From positions 1,367,931 to 1,431,930 of the forward strand of contig CAVPBE010000001.1 in NCBI GenBank assembly GCA_963701745.1: a stretch of DNA of 64,000 bases. Direction: 5' to 3'. The position numbers and the translations under genes are program-made. Positions 1-10,005 of this stretch are shown here, piece after piece. Under the pieces are notes generated by a model. It worked only from the letters and a program-made list of their open reading frames with translations. It did not search any database and had not been told where the DNA came from. Position 1 is the first letter of the stretch. Every line of letters starts with the position of its first letter. Source of the stretch: an uncultured Bacteroidales bacterium. GTDB taxonomy: Bacteria > Bacteroidota > Bacteroidia > Bacteroidales > VadinHA17.

Positions 1-2
1 CA

Positions 3-251
3 AAAGACCTTGTTCCGGGCAAGAAATTCATAGGAATTCCCATGTCTCTTATTACACTGGGACTTGTTATTTTATGGTATCTGAAGATTCTGAATCTTGA
101 ACCTGCAGCTATAAACGCCAGCATGTATCCGATTCTGCTTGATCCGGCTAAAATTATTTCGAGATTCAATTACAGGTTCAAGTTCTCGGCTAAAGAGGCT
201 TTTGAGGATGTCAAAATACATAATATGATTCCCCCCGGAGCGAAATTCTGA
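3..251 (+). CDS. C-terminal end of a CDS that starts upstream of the window; hydrophobic segment, function unknown
   Basis: Frame 3 is open from the window edge through the listed 42..251 ORF. It contains a hydrophobic stretch, SLITLGLVILWYL. No family recognised. Confidence 0.3.
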   Translation, partial: KDLVPGKKFIGIPMSLITLGLVILWYLKILNLEPAAINASMYPILLDPAKIISRFNYRFKFSAKEAFEDVKIHNMIPPGAKF

Positions 252-328
252 AATTTGATAAACCCTACCCCCGGCCACTTCCCTAAAAGTTAAGGGCAGA
301 GAAATAATTGGGCAGTTTCCAAAGAGCC

Positions 329-463
329 AACCACCTCCCTCCCGACAAGTCGGGAGTACTCCTCCTTTAAAAGGAGGAGAAAGGTAGTATATTGTAAATC
401 AATACTTTCCCCTCCTTAATAAGGAGGGGTGTCATCCGTCGGCTGACGGATGACGGGGTGGTT
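329..463. repeat. Multi-hairpin cassette: outer stem aaccacc/ggtggtt enclosing four short GC-rich perfect hairpins
   Basis: Hairpins read directly: tcccgacaagtcggga (340-355), ctcctcctttaaaaggaggag (359-379), cccctccttaataaggagggg (409-429), catccgtcggctgacggatg (433-452). Confidence 0.8.
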
Positions 464-496
464 AACATTATTATTCCGCAATACCAGAATACTACC

Positions 497-3043
497 TTAG
501 CCTCCGATTTTAACTGTAACAGAAGCTCCTTTTAAACCTTTCGATTCAGCTTTGACTGTAAAAGTACCAACAGCATCTTTCTCTGCTTTCACAATTACAA
601 GACACATCCCATTATAGGCTTTTCTGTATGATGCCTGGAACGGATCATGGCTTGTTGCATCTCCATTGTCAACTGCAACTATTTTCCCTGGTCCCTGTAT
701 ACTGAAATTCACAAGATTGCTGCTACGCGGCACCAGGAGACTGTTCTTATCTTCGACCCTTACAGTTATATAAATGAGGTCTGAACTGTCTGCACTGAGA
801 GACGGACGATCAGCTGAGACAGACAACTGTTGGGCTTTACCAGTTGTAACCATCTTATCCTCAGCCCATTTTATGCCATTTTTATATGCCACGACTTTAA
901 GTTCGCCCGGCTGATAAAAAACATCATCCCATCTCAGCCTGTATTCATACTGACCTTTCTTCTTCTTTCCAAGTGATTTTCCATTAAGGAATAATTCGGC
1001 TTCGTCGCCCGATGTATATACGTGAACAGGAGTTACCAGTCCTTTCCTTTCCGGCCAGTTCCAGTGAGGCAGAATGTGTGCCATGGGCAGGTTTGGTCTC
1101 CATTTTGCCTGGTAGAGATAAAAACGATCCTTTTTAAATCCTGCCAGGTCGAGAATGCCAAAGTAACTGCTTCTCGAAGGTACTTCAGTAACATTCTGTT
1201 TGTCAAGTAATGCTTTGGCCTGATCATACCTCCTGTTTCCTGGTCTTAACCCTGTCAGATCACCGCCATATGGTGTGGGTTCTCCAATATAGTCAAATCC
1301 TGTCCAGACAAATTCGCCGAAGACTCCCGGATATTTATCCTGCATTTCCCATTGCTGATCGGCTGTTGAAGCCCATGCAGGAAATGCCAGGTCATAAGAT
1401 GATATCTGGAATATCCCGTGGCCGGGAAGATTATTATTCAGATCACCCTGTACCACCGGGAAAAAGTATTCTCCTCTTGAGCTTATCGTTGAGGATGATT
1501 CGCTTGAGTGAAACGGAAGGTTATCATTATCTTTCAAAGCAAAGAAAGCATCGTATCTGTAAAGGCGATAGTTTATTCCAAACACATCGACTGTTTTCTG
1601 GAAACCGTTAGTCCCCGATTCATCCCAGTTACATCCTACTGTTACCGGCCTTGTTAAATCTTCCGATTTAATTATCGCCCTGAGGCTTTCGGAGAGTGCG
1701 GGATTGTTCTGATCATTCACTTCATTTCCGGTGCTCCAGATAAAAACGGAGGGATGATTCCGGTCGCGTCTAACCATCGCCCTCAGGTCCTCCTCATGCC
1801 AGGCATAAAAAAGCTTATTATAGTCGAGTCTTTTTTTGGGAGTTTTCCATGTGTCGAATGCCTCGTCCTCAACAAGAAATCCCATTCTGTCGCAAAGGTC
1901 AAGCAGTTCGGGAGCTGGAGGATTGTGACTTGTCCTGATGGCATTGCACCCCATTTCTTTGAGTATCTCAAGCTGGCGTTCTGCTGCCCTGATGTTGAAT
2001 GCTGCCCCAAGAGCGCCAAGATCGTGGTGATTACAGACACCCTGAACCGGGACTTTTTTCCCATTCAGGAAGAATCCGTCCCGAGCTGTGAAATTAAGGG
2101 TTCTGAATCCGAAATTGGTTTCATAAACGTCAGATATGATTGCATCCTGTAATACTGTAACTGCAACCCGGTATAGTGCAGGATTATCGAGGTTCCATAG
2201 AGCAGGATTAATTACAGGAATATCGAGCCTGAAAATGTGCTCACCGTCTGCAGTCATTACTGCACCCGGGCTTGTAAACTCGGCAACAGTCTGATCGGCT
2301 GCTTCTCCTTTTTCGTTAAGCTTGAAAACAGATGCTTTGATTGAAACGCTGACAGGTCGCTCAATATGGCTTTCCACTTCTGCCTTTACACTCAGAATAG
2401 CCTTCTCTGGCTTAATTTCTGGCGTTGTACAAAAAACTCCATTATACGAAACATGAAGCTGTGAAGTTTTCACGAGCCAGACATTCCTGTATAGCCCGGC
2501 ACCCGGATACCAACGGGAGTCCCAGTTCTTTGTATCGAGCCGGACTGCTATAAGGTTATCTTTCCCGAAAAAAACATAGGGTGTGAGGTCAAGTCTGAAG
2601 GAGGTGTAGCCATAAGGCCACCCACCCACATATTTGCCGTTTACCCAGACTTCCGAATAGGCCATTGCACCATCAAAATCAACATAAATTCTTTTATCAT
2701 TTTCAGATTCCTTTAATACAAAGTGTTTTCTGTACCAGCCAATTCCCTTCCAGGGCAAAAGACCTGTGTTATTTTCAAGTGTATCGCTGAAAGGGCCTTC
2801 AATTGCCCAGTCATGAGGCAGATCGAGGTTCCGCCAGCTGTTGTCATTTACTGAAGGCAGCTGAAGTCCGGCTGGTTCCTTATCGTTAGTTGCAGCATCA
2901 GTTGAGGCATTAAAGTATTTAATGAATTTCCAGCCCTGGTTGAATGATTCGCACGATCTTGGTAAATTCTGGGCCAGTGATAACTCTTCTGCCAGGATCA
3001 GAAATACCGAAATAAAAAGTAATGCAGTTACAATTCGTTTCAT
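497..3043 (-). CDS. Glycoside hydrolase family 2 (beta-galactosidase/beta-glucuronidase-like), secreted
   Basis: 862-aa ORF. The likely start is the internal MKRIVTALLF signal peptide (the ORF extends to 3085). GH2-type motifs NAIRTSHNPP and HPSVFIWSTGNEV are present. Confidence 0.85.
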   Translation of the reverse strand: MKRIVTALLFISVFLILAEELSLAQNLPRSCESFNQGWKFIKYFNASTDAATNDKEPAGLQLPSVNDNSWRNLDLPHDWAIEGPFSDTLENNTGLLPWKGIGWYRKHFVLKESENDKRIYVDFDGAMAYSEVWVNGKYVGGWPYGYTSFRLDLTPYVFFGKDNLIAVRLDTKNWDSRWYPGAGLYRNVWLVKTSQLHVSYNGVFCTTPEIKPEKAILSVKAEVESHIERPVSVSIKASVFKLNEKGEAADQTVAEFTSPGAVMTADGEHIFRLDIPVINPALWNLDNPALYRVAVTVLQDAIISDVYETNFGFRTLNFTARDGFFLNGKKVPVQGVCNHHDLGALGAAFNIRAAERQLEILKEMGCNAIRTSHNPPAPELLDLCDRMGFLVEDEAFDTWKTPKKRLDYNKLFYAWHEEDLRAMVRRDRNHPSVFIWSTGNEVNDQNNPALSESLRAIIKSEDLTRPVTVGCNWDESGTNGFQKTVDVFGINYRLYRYDAFFALKDNDNLPFHSSESSSTISSRGEYFFPVVQGDLNNNLPGHGIFQISSYDLAFPAWASTADQQWEMQDKYPGVFGEFVWTGFDYIGEPTPYGGDLTGLRPGNRRYDQAKALLDKQNVTEVPSRSSYFGILDLAGFKKDRFYLYQAKWRPNLPMAHILPHWNWPERKGLVTPVHVYTSGDEAELFLNGKSLGKKKKGQYEYRLRWDDVFYQPGELKVVAYKNGIKWAEDKMVTTGKAQQLSVSADRPSLSADSSDLIYITVRVEDKNSLLVPRSSNLVNFSIQGPGKIVAVDNGDATSHDPFQASYRKAYNGMCLVIVKAEKDAVGTFTVKAESKGLKGASVTVKIGG

Positions 3044-3132
3044 GATATAAAAGTTAGGATTTGAATATTTTTCTAAAATAGACAATTCGGATGAATAAAT
3101 GAATAATGAAAAAATAAATGTTACCGTTGTTG

Positions 3133-3244
3133 AACCCTAATCCCATCCCTTCCCCTTAAGGTTAAGGGGAAGGGTGTAATTCAATGATTTACTGTATTAT
3201 CACTCCTCCCTTTATGCTTAAGGGGAGGAGATGGAGGTAGGGTT
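3133..3244. repeat. Multi-hairpin cassette (outer stem aaccctaatcccatc/gatggaggtagggtt, two inner hairpins)
   Basis: Inner hairpins are ccttccccttaaggttaaggggaagg and ctcctccctttatgcttaaggggaggag. A near-identical copy sits at 5571-5682. Confidence 0.8.
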
Positions 3245-3356
3245 AAGAAGATTAAAAAAGGGAAGGATCGGATAGTTATCGGACAGAGGAAGTGTTAAAG
3301 AAATAAAGAAATTTACTGAAATGTATCAAAAGCAGGAAGGGGCAAGAATATTGATT

Positions 3357-5540
3357 CTAGTTCTTTACAAACCGCTGGCTTAATATTTCACCAGAAACAA
3401 GGTATATTCTGATTATATACAGACCAGGTTTGAATTGAGTGATGTCAATTGTGGTTGCAAATTCTAAGTTGCCACTATTATCGAGAATAGAATTTCCGGT
3501 AAGGCCAAATATTTTTATTCTGCTTATTTCCTCATCCGATTCAACATGAAGAGCGTTTTTTGCAGGATTCGGGAAGACCCTTATTATTGCAGGATATTCC
3601 TCATTTGATATAGAGTCGCCCACCATATTGGCGTCAAGCCATGTAAGGCGTCTGGATATCCAGCCCTTGAACTTTTCTATCTCACCACCGAATGTTCCAG
3701 GCTGTTCACCATATTCTCCAGTGCCGACATTAATCCCCAGTATCGGCCATTTACAGTAGTGCCTTACCTGTGCTTCATTCAGAAGAGACGCAACAGAATC
3801 GATGACATGGTAGAGGTAGGGCTCTCCCAGTATGGTTTTACGAAGTTTGAAATACCTGGCATTTATCTTATTGGCAAATTCATCATCCTCCAGGAGCCTG
3901 ATTTCCCACGATGGTGGTATTGGCCAATCGATGCAGTCATTAACTCTATAAGCCCAGCCGGAACCATCGGTCTGGTTAAAATTAATGCAATCCTCAGTTA
4001 TATCTTTCCAGGCCCAGTCAAAATCCCATGGTGGTCCTGAATGGATCAAACCACCGTTACTGTCTTTATCCTTATAATAGAATCTGCTCTTTTTATATGC
4101 ATCAACATTCCTTGAAACTTCACCTATTATGAAATAATCGGTAAATGAATTTATGTCAAGGTAAGCCCTGTATCCTTTACTGTGATCCTTGAATCCGGAA
4201 CTGTACAGGATATCCTCAAATGAATCGACATAATCTTTTAAGTATGCTTTTTGTGGAGTTGACAGTTCATCAGGTTTTGGATCATTATAAACAAAATGCA
4301 CATCACCACCGGGCCTGTTCAGGGGTGAGTATTTACTTTGCCAGCTGTCGGATTCAGTGAAATAATCATTTGCGAAAATATAACCTCCTGTAAGTTTGTC
4401 TCCTGAGTTTTCGCCGATATTAAGCTTTGCAATATCAACCCGGTTTTTATCCTGTTTGATCTTTTCACAAAGAAGATAAATTCCCTGGTACTGGTCATTA
4501 ACTACAGCTTCACAAAAAGCCGTCCTTGGAGCATAGTGACCCATCTTCCTGAAAAGTTCGAATGCAAGGAAATTTCTAAGAAATGCCTTATCATTATAGT
4601 TGGCTGTAAGTATCCAGTCATTTTCTTCAGGCATTCCCAGTATTGTTACATCAAGGTTGTTCCCGGCCCTATCGCGTGTTTCAAACCCGTATGGCTTTTG
4701 AGGAAGAGATGCGGAGTACTTTCCCCTTATTTCAATTCCTGCTTTGCCAGTGTAGATGTTTCCCGGATCGCTGACATTATTGATCTTCTCCTTTCCGTTA
4801 AAAATAATTTTCATGTCAGCCGGTATTTTTGGCTCATTCATAATTTCCTCACCGGGTTGGGTATTTATTACAACCACAGGCAGATTAGATGATTTAAATT
4901 CAGATACAGGTACAAACCAGTCCGGGACCTGTCTGTATAAATTATCTTTTCCTGCAATTCCGAAAGATAACCAGGCATTTGATGACAGATCATCCGAAGA
5001 ACCTGAGTCATTATGAACCTCAATTGCGAGCAGGTTTTCCCCAGGCAAAAGTACTGAACGCAGTTTCTTCCTGTTCAGAAAGAATGATTCAGGAGGTTCA
5101 CCTTTGTACATTGCAGCTTCATGTTCTTCGGAAAGTCTGTCAAAAGGAGGATTAATTCCCTGGACGCCGGCCCTTACTATTTCCTTATCATTCAGATAAG
5201 CAATAAATCCGTCATCATAATCCATGTGCAATATTGCAGATATCAGCTCAGCGGTATCTGAAACATTAAATTTTATTCTAAGGCAGACTGAAATGCACTC
5301 AGGAATAACCGTATTGTCATCTTCATCTCCATATCCGAATCCACCAGGTCCTTCTGACCAGGATAGGTCATCAAATGATAATGTCTTCCAGGTCTCCCCG
5401 GGTTCCGAAAATCCGATCCGGTATCTCCAGGTATCAGTGTTAAAAGCAGCAGTTTCCCAATGATTTATTGTCTGACCAGACATGTAGATCAAGGGGATGG
5501 TGGAAATCAATAAAAAGAGGAGAAGTCTTTTCATTAGCAC
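3357..5540 (-). CDS. CotH kinase-family protein with N-terminal galactose-binding-like domain and T9SS C-terminal sorting domain
   Basis: 727 aa with a signal peptide. CotH-like motifs NDKAFLRNFLAFELFRKMG and PPWDFDWAW. The C-terminus, VFPNPAKNALHVES...PGLYIIRIY, is typical of a T9SS CTD. Confidence 0.8.
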   Translation of the reverse strand: MLMKRLLLFLLISTIPLIYMSGQTINHWETAAFNTDTWRYRIGFSEPGETWKTLSFDDLSWSEGPGGFGYGDEDDNTVIPECISVCLRIKFNVSDTAELISAILHMDYDDGFIAYLNDKEIVRAGVQGINPPFDRLSEEHEAAMYKGEPPESFFLNRKKLRSVLLPGENLLAIEVHNDSGSSDDLSSNAWLSFGIAGKDNLYRQVPDWFVPVSEFKSSNLPVVVINTQPGEEIMNEPKIPADMKIIFNGKEKINNVSDPGNIYTGKAGIEIRGKYSASLPQKPYGFETRDRAGNNLDVTILGMPEENDWILTANYNDKAFLRNFLAFELFRKMGHYAPRTAFCEAVVNDQYQGIYLLCEKIKQDKNRVDIAKLNIGENSGDKLTGGYIFANDYFTESDSWQSKYSPLNRPGGDVHFVYNDPKPDELSTPQKAYLKDYVDSFEDILYSSGFKDHSKGYRAYLDINSFTDYFIIGEVSRNVDAYKKSRFYYKDKDSNGGLIHSGPPWDFDWAWKDITEDCINFNQTDGSGWAYRVNDCIDWPIPPSWEIRLLEDDEFANKINARYFKLRKTILGEPYLYHVIDSVASLLNEAQVRHYCKWPILGINVGTGEYGEQPGTFGGEIEKFKGWISRRLTWLDANMVGDSISNEEYPAIIRVFPNPAKNALHVESDEEISRIKIFGLTGNSILDNSGNLEFATTIDITQFKPGLYIIRIYLVSGEILSQRFVKN

Positions 5541-5570
5541 AAAAGTACTACTAAAACTCCTTTTTTATTT

Positions 5571-5682
5571 AACCCTAACCCCATCCCTTCCCCTTAAAGT
5601 TAAGGGGAAGGGTATAAAACAATGATATTATCTAATTTCACTCCTCCCATTATGCTTAAGGGGAGGAGATGGAGGTAGGGTT
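5571..5682. repeat. Multi-hairpin cassette, paralogous copy of 3133-3244
   Basis: Same outer stem and the same two inner hairpins, with a few substitutions. Confidence 0.8.
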
Positions 5683-5747
5683 AAGACGATTAAAAAGGGG
5701 AGGATCCCTATAGTCAACAGTAGGGGATGGGTCAAAAAAATATTAAC

Positions 5748-7931
5748 TTATTTTTTCACAAACCTTTGGCTTACAACCTTTCCCGATCTGAAATATATCC
5801 TGATGATGAATAAACCCGGCTTGAGCTGTGCGACATTGACAGAAGTTGTATAATCCCCGCAGTCAGTTTTATCAAGAATTTGATTTCCGGTAAGACTGAA
5901 GATAGCTATGCTGCTTATTATTTCATCTGATTCAACACGAAGTAAAATTTCTGCCGGATTCGGAAATACCCTGTATATTGGCTGATTATCACTGGTTCCC
6001 GGAGCTGGTCTTCCAACCATGTGCTGGTCAAGCCAGGCAAGCCGCATGTTTATCCAGTTTTTGAACTTCAATATCTCACCATCAAATGTATCAGGCTGAT
6101 CTCCTTGCTCAGGCGTTCCGACATTAATTCCAAGTATTTTCCATTTATTGTAATGTCTTTCCTGCGCTTCATTAAGGAGCAATGCAACTGAATCGATGAC
6201 ATAATTTAAATTTCTCTCGCTAAGTATTGTTTTCCTGAGTAAATAGTATCTGTCGTGGATCTGGCTGGCAAATAAATTATCCTGGAGAAGTCTTACTTCC
6301 CAGGAAGGAGGTACAGGCCATGCACTGCATTCATTAATTTTATATGCCCACCCTGAACCATCGGTCTGATTGAAATGAATGCAGTTTTCTTTTAGGTCCT
6401 TAAAGGCCCAGTCAAAGTCCCACGGTGGTCCTGAATGAATCAATCCTCCATTGCTGTCTTTGTCCTTGAAATAGAATCGGCTCTTTTTATATGCGTCCAC
6501 ATTTCTTGATAATTCTCCAATTATGAAATAATCGACAAATGAGTTTACATCCAGATATGCCTTGTATCCGCTGCTCCGGTTGCTAAATCCCGGATTGTAA
6601 AGGATCTTCTCGAATGAATCGACAAAATCCTTTAAATACTCCTTCTGGGTTATCGTCAGTTCATCAGGTTTCGGATCATAGTAAACGAAGTATACATTAC
6701 TGCCAGGTTTGTTGACAGGTGAGTAGCTGCTATGCCAGCTGTCAGATGAGGTGTAGTAGTCGGTTGAAAATATATATCCCCCGGTCAGGTCATTTCCTGC
6801 ATTTTCATCAGGATTCAGTTTTGCTATATCAACCCTGTTCGAATCTGTTTTTATCTTTTCTCCCAGCAGGTATATACCCTGATATGCATCGTTCACAACA
6901 ACCTCGCAATAAACTGTTCTTGGTGCATAATGGCCCATTTTCCTGAACAGGTCGAATGCAAGAAAATTCCGAAGAAAAGCCTTGTCATTGTAATTTGCGG
7001 TAAGGATCCAGTCGTTTTCTTCAGGCATTCCAATTATAGGGACATTGAGGTTATTGCCGGCTCCGTCACGGGTTTCGAATCCGTAAGGTTTCTGGGGAAG
7101 ATTTGCTGAGTAACGTCCCCTGATCTCAATCCCCACCTTGCCTGAATAAATGTTGCCATTGTCATTTATCTTATTGATCAGTCCAGTGCCATTATAAATG
7201 ATCTTCATATCGGCTGTGACTTTTGGCTCATTTACAATGGTCACATCGGGGCTGGTTTTTATAACAACCAACGGCAGGTTTGATGATGTAAATTCCTGGA
7301 TTGGGATAAACCAGTCGGGGACCTGAAAATATGAATGCGAATTATTGAGTATTCCGAGTGAAAACCATGCATTTGAAGATAAATCGGATGATGAGGAAGA
7401 AGTGTTATGAACCTCGATAGCAAGGATATTCTCCCCAGGCAATAAGCATTCATTGAGTCGTTTCTTATTTAAAAGAAATGATTCAGGTACTCCGCCCATG
7501 TACATTGCTGCCTCATGATCAGCTCCGAAATGATTGTATGCAGGATGAGTTCCCGTGATACCATTTCGTGCTATTTCAACATCATTCAGATATGCGATGA
7601 AAGCATCATCGTAGTCAAGACTTATTATAGCTGATCCTATCACACTTGTATCGGAAATATTGAATTTTCTCCTTAAGCAGACCGACGGACTCTGAGGAAT
7701 TATTGTATTATCATCATTATCTCCAAAACCGAATCCTCCCGGACCCTCTGCCCACGAACCATCATCATAAGACAGTGATCTCCAGTTCGGATCAGGTTCG
7801 GAGCTGCCTGGCCTGTATTTCCAGTTATCAGTGTTAAAAACTACAGTCTCCCAATGGTTTATGTTCTGTCCCGACAAGAATAAACCAGTGAAGTAAAGTG
7901 AGATAAGTAGTATGGACATTTTTTTTCTCAT
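5748..7931 (-). CDS. CotH kinase-family protein, tandem paralog of 3357-5540, with T9SS CTD
   Basis: 727 aa and collinear with the neighbouring paralog over its full length, with the same motifs and CTD (VFPNPAEILLRVES...PGLFIIRIY). Confidence 0.8.
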   Translation of the reverse strand: MRKKMSILLISLYFTGLFLSGQNINHWETVVFNTDNWKYRPGSSEPDPNWRSLSYDDGSWAEGPGGFGFGDNDDNTIIPQSPSVCLRRKFNISDTSVIGSAIISLDYDDAFIAYLNDVEIARNGITGTHPAYNHFGADHEAAMYMGGVPESFLLNKKRLNECLLPGENILAIEVHNTSSSSSDLSSNAWFSLGILNNSHSYFQVPDWFIPIQEFTSSNLPLVVIKTSPDVTIVNEPKVTADMKIIYNGTGLINKINDNGNIYSGKVGIEIRGRYSANLPQKPYGFETRDGAGNNLNVPIIGMPEENDWILTANYNDKAFLRNFLAFDLFRKMGHYAPRTVYCEVVVNDAYQGIYLLGEKIKTDSNRVDIAKLNPDENAGNDLTGGYIFSTDYYTSSDSWHSSYSPVNKPGSNVYFVYYDPKPDELTITQKEYLKDFVDSFEKILYNPGFSNRSSGYKAYLDVNSFVDYFIIGELSRNVDAYKKSRFYFKDKDSNGGLIHSGPPWDFDWAFKDLKENCIHFNQTDGSGWAYKINECSAWPVPPSWEVRLLQDNLFASQIHDRYYLLRKTILSERNLNYVIDSVALLLNEAQERHYNKWKILGINVGTPEQGDQPDTFDGEILKFKNWINMRLAWLDQHMVGRPAPGTSDNQPIYRVFPNPAEILLRVESDEIISSIAIFSLTGNQILDKTDCGDYTTSVNVAQLKPGLFIIRIYFRSGKVVSQRFVKK

Positions 7932-8077
7932 AAGGGGAATAAAAATAATACTAATCTTAGTTAGTTTAACGGATTTATTAATCTTAAAGTTTCCTAAGTT
8001 CTTAGAAGTTATAAATAGTATATAAGGTTAAACTTTTTACTTTTGCATTTCACTTTTATCTAATTTGGAAACCCAAT

Positions 8078-9742
8078 ATGAAAAGAATATCCATCGGTCT
8101 AGTACCTCTCCTCGTAATATTTATCAGAATATCACCTGTTGGCGCGCAGTACCTTGCCCCGTCTCAAACCAAATTTACGCGTCAGGATACTTTACGCGGT
8201 TCAATAACCCCTGAAAGGGCATGGTGGGATCTGACCTATTATCATCTTGATATCGCTGTAAAGCCATCCGATAGTACAATATATGGTACCAATACGGTGA
8301 CTTACAGGGTAATAAACAGCTCCGACATTATGCAAATAGACCTTCAGCCGCCATTGGAGATACTGAAAGCAGAACAAAACGGGAAAACTCTTACCTTCAA
8401 CAGGAAGGGAAATGTTTACTGGATCCGGTTGACGGAAAAGCAAAAACCAGGACTAATTTATTCGGTAGTACTGAATTATGGAGGGAAACCCAGGATTTCG
8501 CGCAGACCTCCCTGGGAAGGTGGAATTACCTGGAAAAAGGACAAGAACAATCTTCCATTTGTGGCCTCCTCATGCCAGGGCGACGGTTCCAGCCTCTGGT
8601 GGCCATGCAAGGATCATATGTACGATGAACCCGACAGTATGCTGATAAGTGTTAATGTTCCCTCGAACCTTATGGATGTCTCTAATGGAAGGTTAAGAAG
8701 TGTCGTAAAACTTAAGAATAAAACAACTACTTATAATTGGTTTGTTGCGAACCCGATCAATAATTACGGTGTGAATATAAATATTGCTGATTATGCTCAT
8801 TTTTCTGAAGTTTTTAATGGAGAGAAAGGAAAGCTCGATTGCGACTATTATGTCCTTAAAGAAAACCTTGAAAAGGCAAAGATACAGTTCAAACAAGCAC
8901 CAATGATGCTTTCAGCATTTGAACACTGGTTCGGTCCCTTTCCTTTCTACGAAGACGGATACAAGCTTGTCGAAGCGCCATATCTTGGAATGGAACATCA
9001 GAGCTCAATTACATATGGTAATGGATTCAGGAACGGGTATTTGGGAACTGACCTCAGCGGATCGGGATGGGGCGATAAATTCGACTTTATAATTATACAT
9101 GAGTCAGGTCATGAATGGTTCGCGAATAGCATTACCTATGAAGATATGGCTGATATGTGGATCCATGAAAGCTTTATAAACTACTCTGAAAACCTGTATG
9201 TTGAGTATTATTATGGAAAAGATGCCGGAAGGGATTACTTACTTGGGAGCAGAAGGAATATCAGAAACGATCGTCCGGTGACAGGAATTTATAATGTCAA
9301 TTTCAGTGGTTCGGGCGATATGTATTCAAAGGGTGGAAGTATGCTCCACACTATCCGGCAAATAGTCGATAATGATGAAAAATGGAGAAGCATTCTGCGT
9401 GGACTGAATGAAGAGTTTTATCATAAAGTGGTTAAAGGATCTCAGATCGAAGAATATATGATCAGCAAAGCGGGAATAAACCTGAAACCGGTCTTTGACC
9501 AGTACCTCAGAGATATCAGAATTCCAATCTTTGAATACTATATAAATGGCAACAAGCTCACTTTCAGGTGGAATAACTGCGTTCAGGGATTCAATATGCC
9601 ACTCAGAATATATGCCTCGGGAATCAGAAAAGACATCACCCCGACATCACGATTCAATACAATTGACCTTGAAACGGATAATGCAACTATTTTGGTCGAT
9701 CCAAGTTACTACGTGGGTACCCTGAATATGACGGGGAAATAA
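8078..9742 (+). CDS. M1-family zinc metallopeptidase (aminopeptidase N-like), secreted
   Basis: 554 aa with a signal peptide, the GMEHQS exopeptidase-like motif, the HESGHEWF zinc motif (HExxH) and a downstream WIHESF glutamate. Confidence 0.8.
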   Translation: MKRISIGLVPLLVIFIRISPVGAQYLAPSQTKFTRQDTLRGSITPERAWWDLTYYHLDIAVKPSDSTIYGTNTVTYRVINSSDIMQIDLQPPLEILKAEQNGKTLTFNRKGNVYWIRLTEKQKPGLIYSVVLNYGGKPRISRRPPWEGGITWKKDKNNLPFVASSCQGDGSSLWWPCKDHMYDEPDSMLISVNVPSNLMDVSNGRLRSVVKLKNKTTTYNWFVANPINNYGVNINIADYAHFSEVFNGEKGKLDCDYYVLKENLEKAKIQFKQAPMMLSAFEHWFGPFPFYEDGYKLVEAPYLGMEHQSSITYGNGFRNGYLGTDLSGSGWGDKFDFIIIHESGHEWFANSITYEDMADMWIHESFINYSENLYVEYYYGKDAGRDYLLGSRRNIRNDRPVTGIYNVNFSGSGDMYSKGGSMLHTIRQIVDNDEKWRSILRGLNEEFYHKVVKGSQIEEYMISKAGINLKPVFDQYLRDIRIPIFEYYINGNKLTFRWNNCVQGFNMPLRIYASGIRKDITPTSRFNTIDLETDNATILVDPSYYVGTLNMTGK

Positions 9743-9810
9743 TAAATAGGCCTCAGGCGTCAGACGTCAGGCTTTTTCTGCGAAACTACTATATAACTAA
9801 TTTAAAAACT

Positions 9811-9906
9811 CTCACAGAGAATCACAGAGGATTCACAGAGATCCACAGAGATCTGATCTCTTAACTCTGTGTATCTCTGTGACTTCTCTGTGTAACTCTG
9901 TGTAAC
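9811..9906. repeat. Phased-heptamer hairpin element, CACAGAG word (4 direct units, loop, 4 inverted CTCTGTG units)
   Basis: CACAGAG at 9813, 9823, 9834, 9844. CTCTGTG at 9865, 9875, 9886, 9896. Unit period is about 10-11 bp. Confidence 0.9.
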
Positions 9907-10005
9907 TAAAAGTTATTTTATTGATGTTCCCATATTTCACAAATGGGTGTATGACTCTGAGGGAAATATTTTTCTCCCACTTATTAAGCAGATTTTCGCA
10001 GATTT

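Noticed and set aside
72-278. A 68-aa minus-strand ORF at the left edge.
   Set aside because: It overlaps the plus-strand frame that stays open to the window edge, and it has no recognisable motif. Neither ORF can be verified, so only the edge-open frame is listed, at low confidence.
9755-9785. I considered whether ggcctcaggcgtcagacgtcaggcttttt after the M1 peptidase gene is a rho-independent terminator.
   Set aside because: The GC-rich part is a direct 7-mer repeat (tcaggcg tcagacg tcaggc), not a hairpin. Only the 6-bp palindrome gacgtc can pair, so I did not call a terminator.
9811-9906. I considered whether the periodic CACAGAG-type repeats (here and at other sites) are mini CRISPR arrays.
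   Set aside because: The units are 7 nt with only 3-4 nt between them. The second half is the inverted complement of the first. There are no 25-40 nt spacers and no cas genes.
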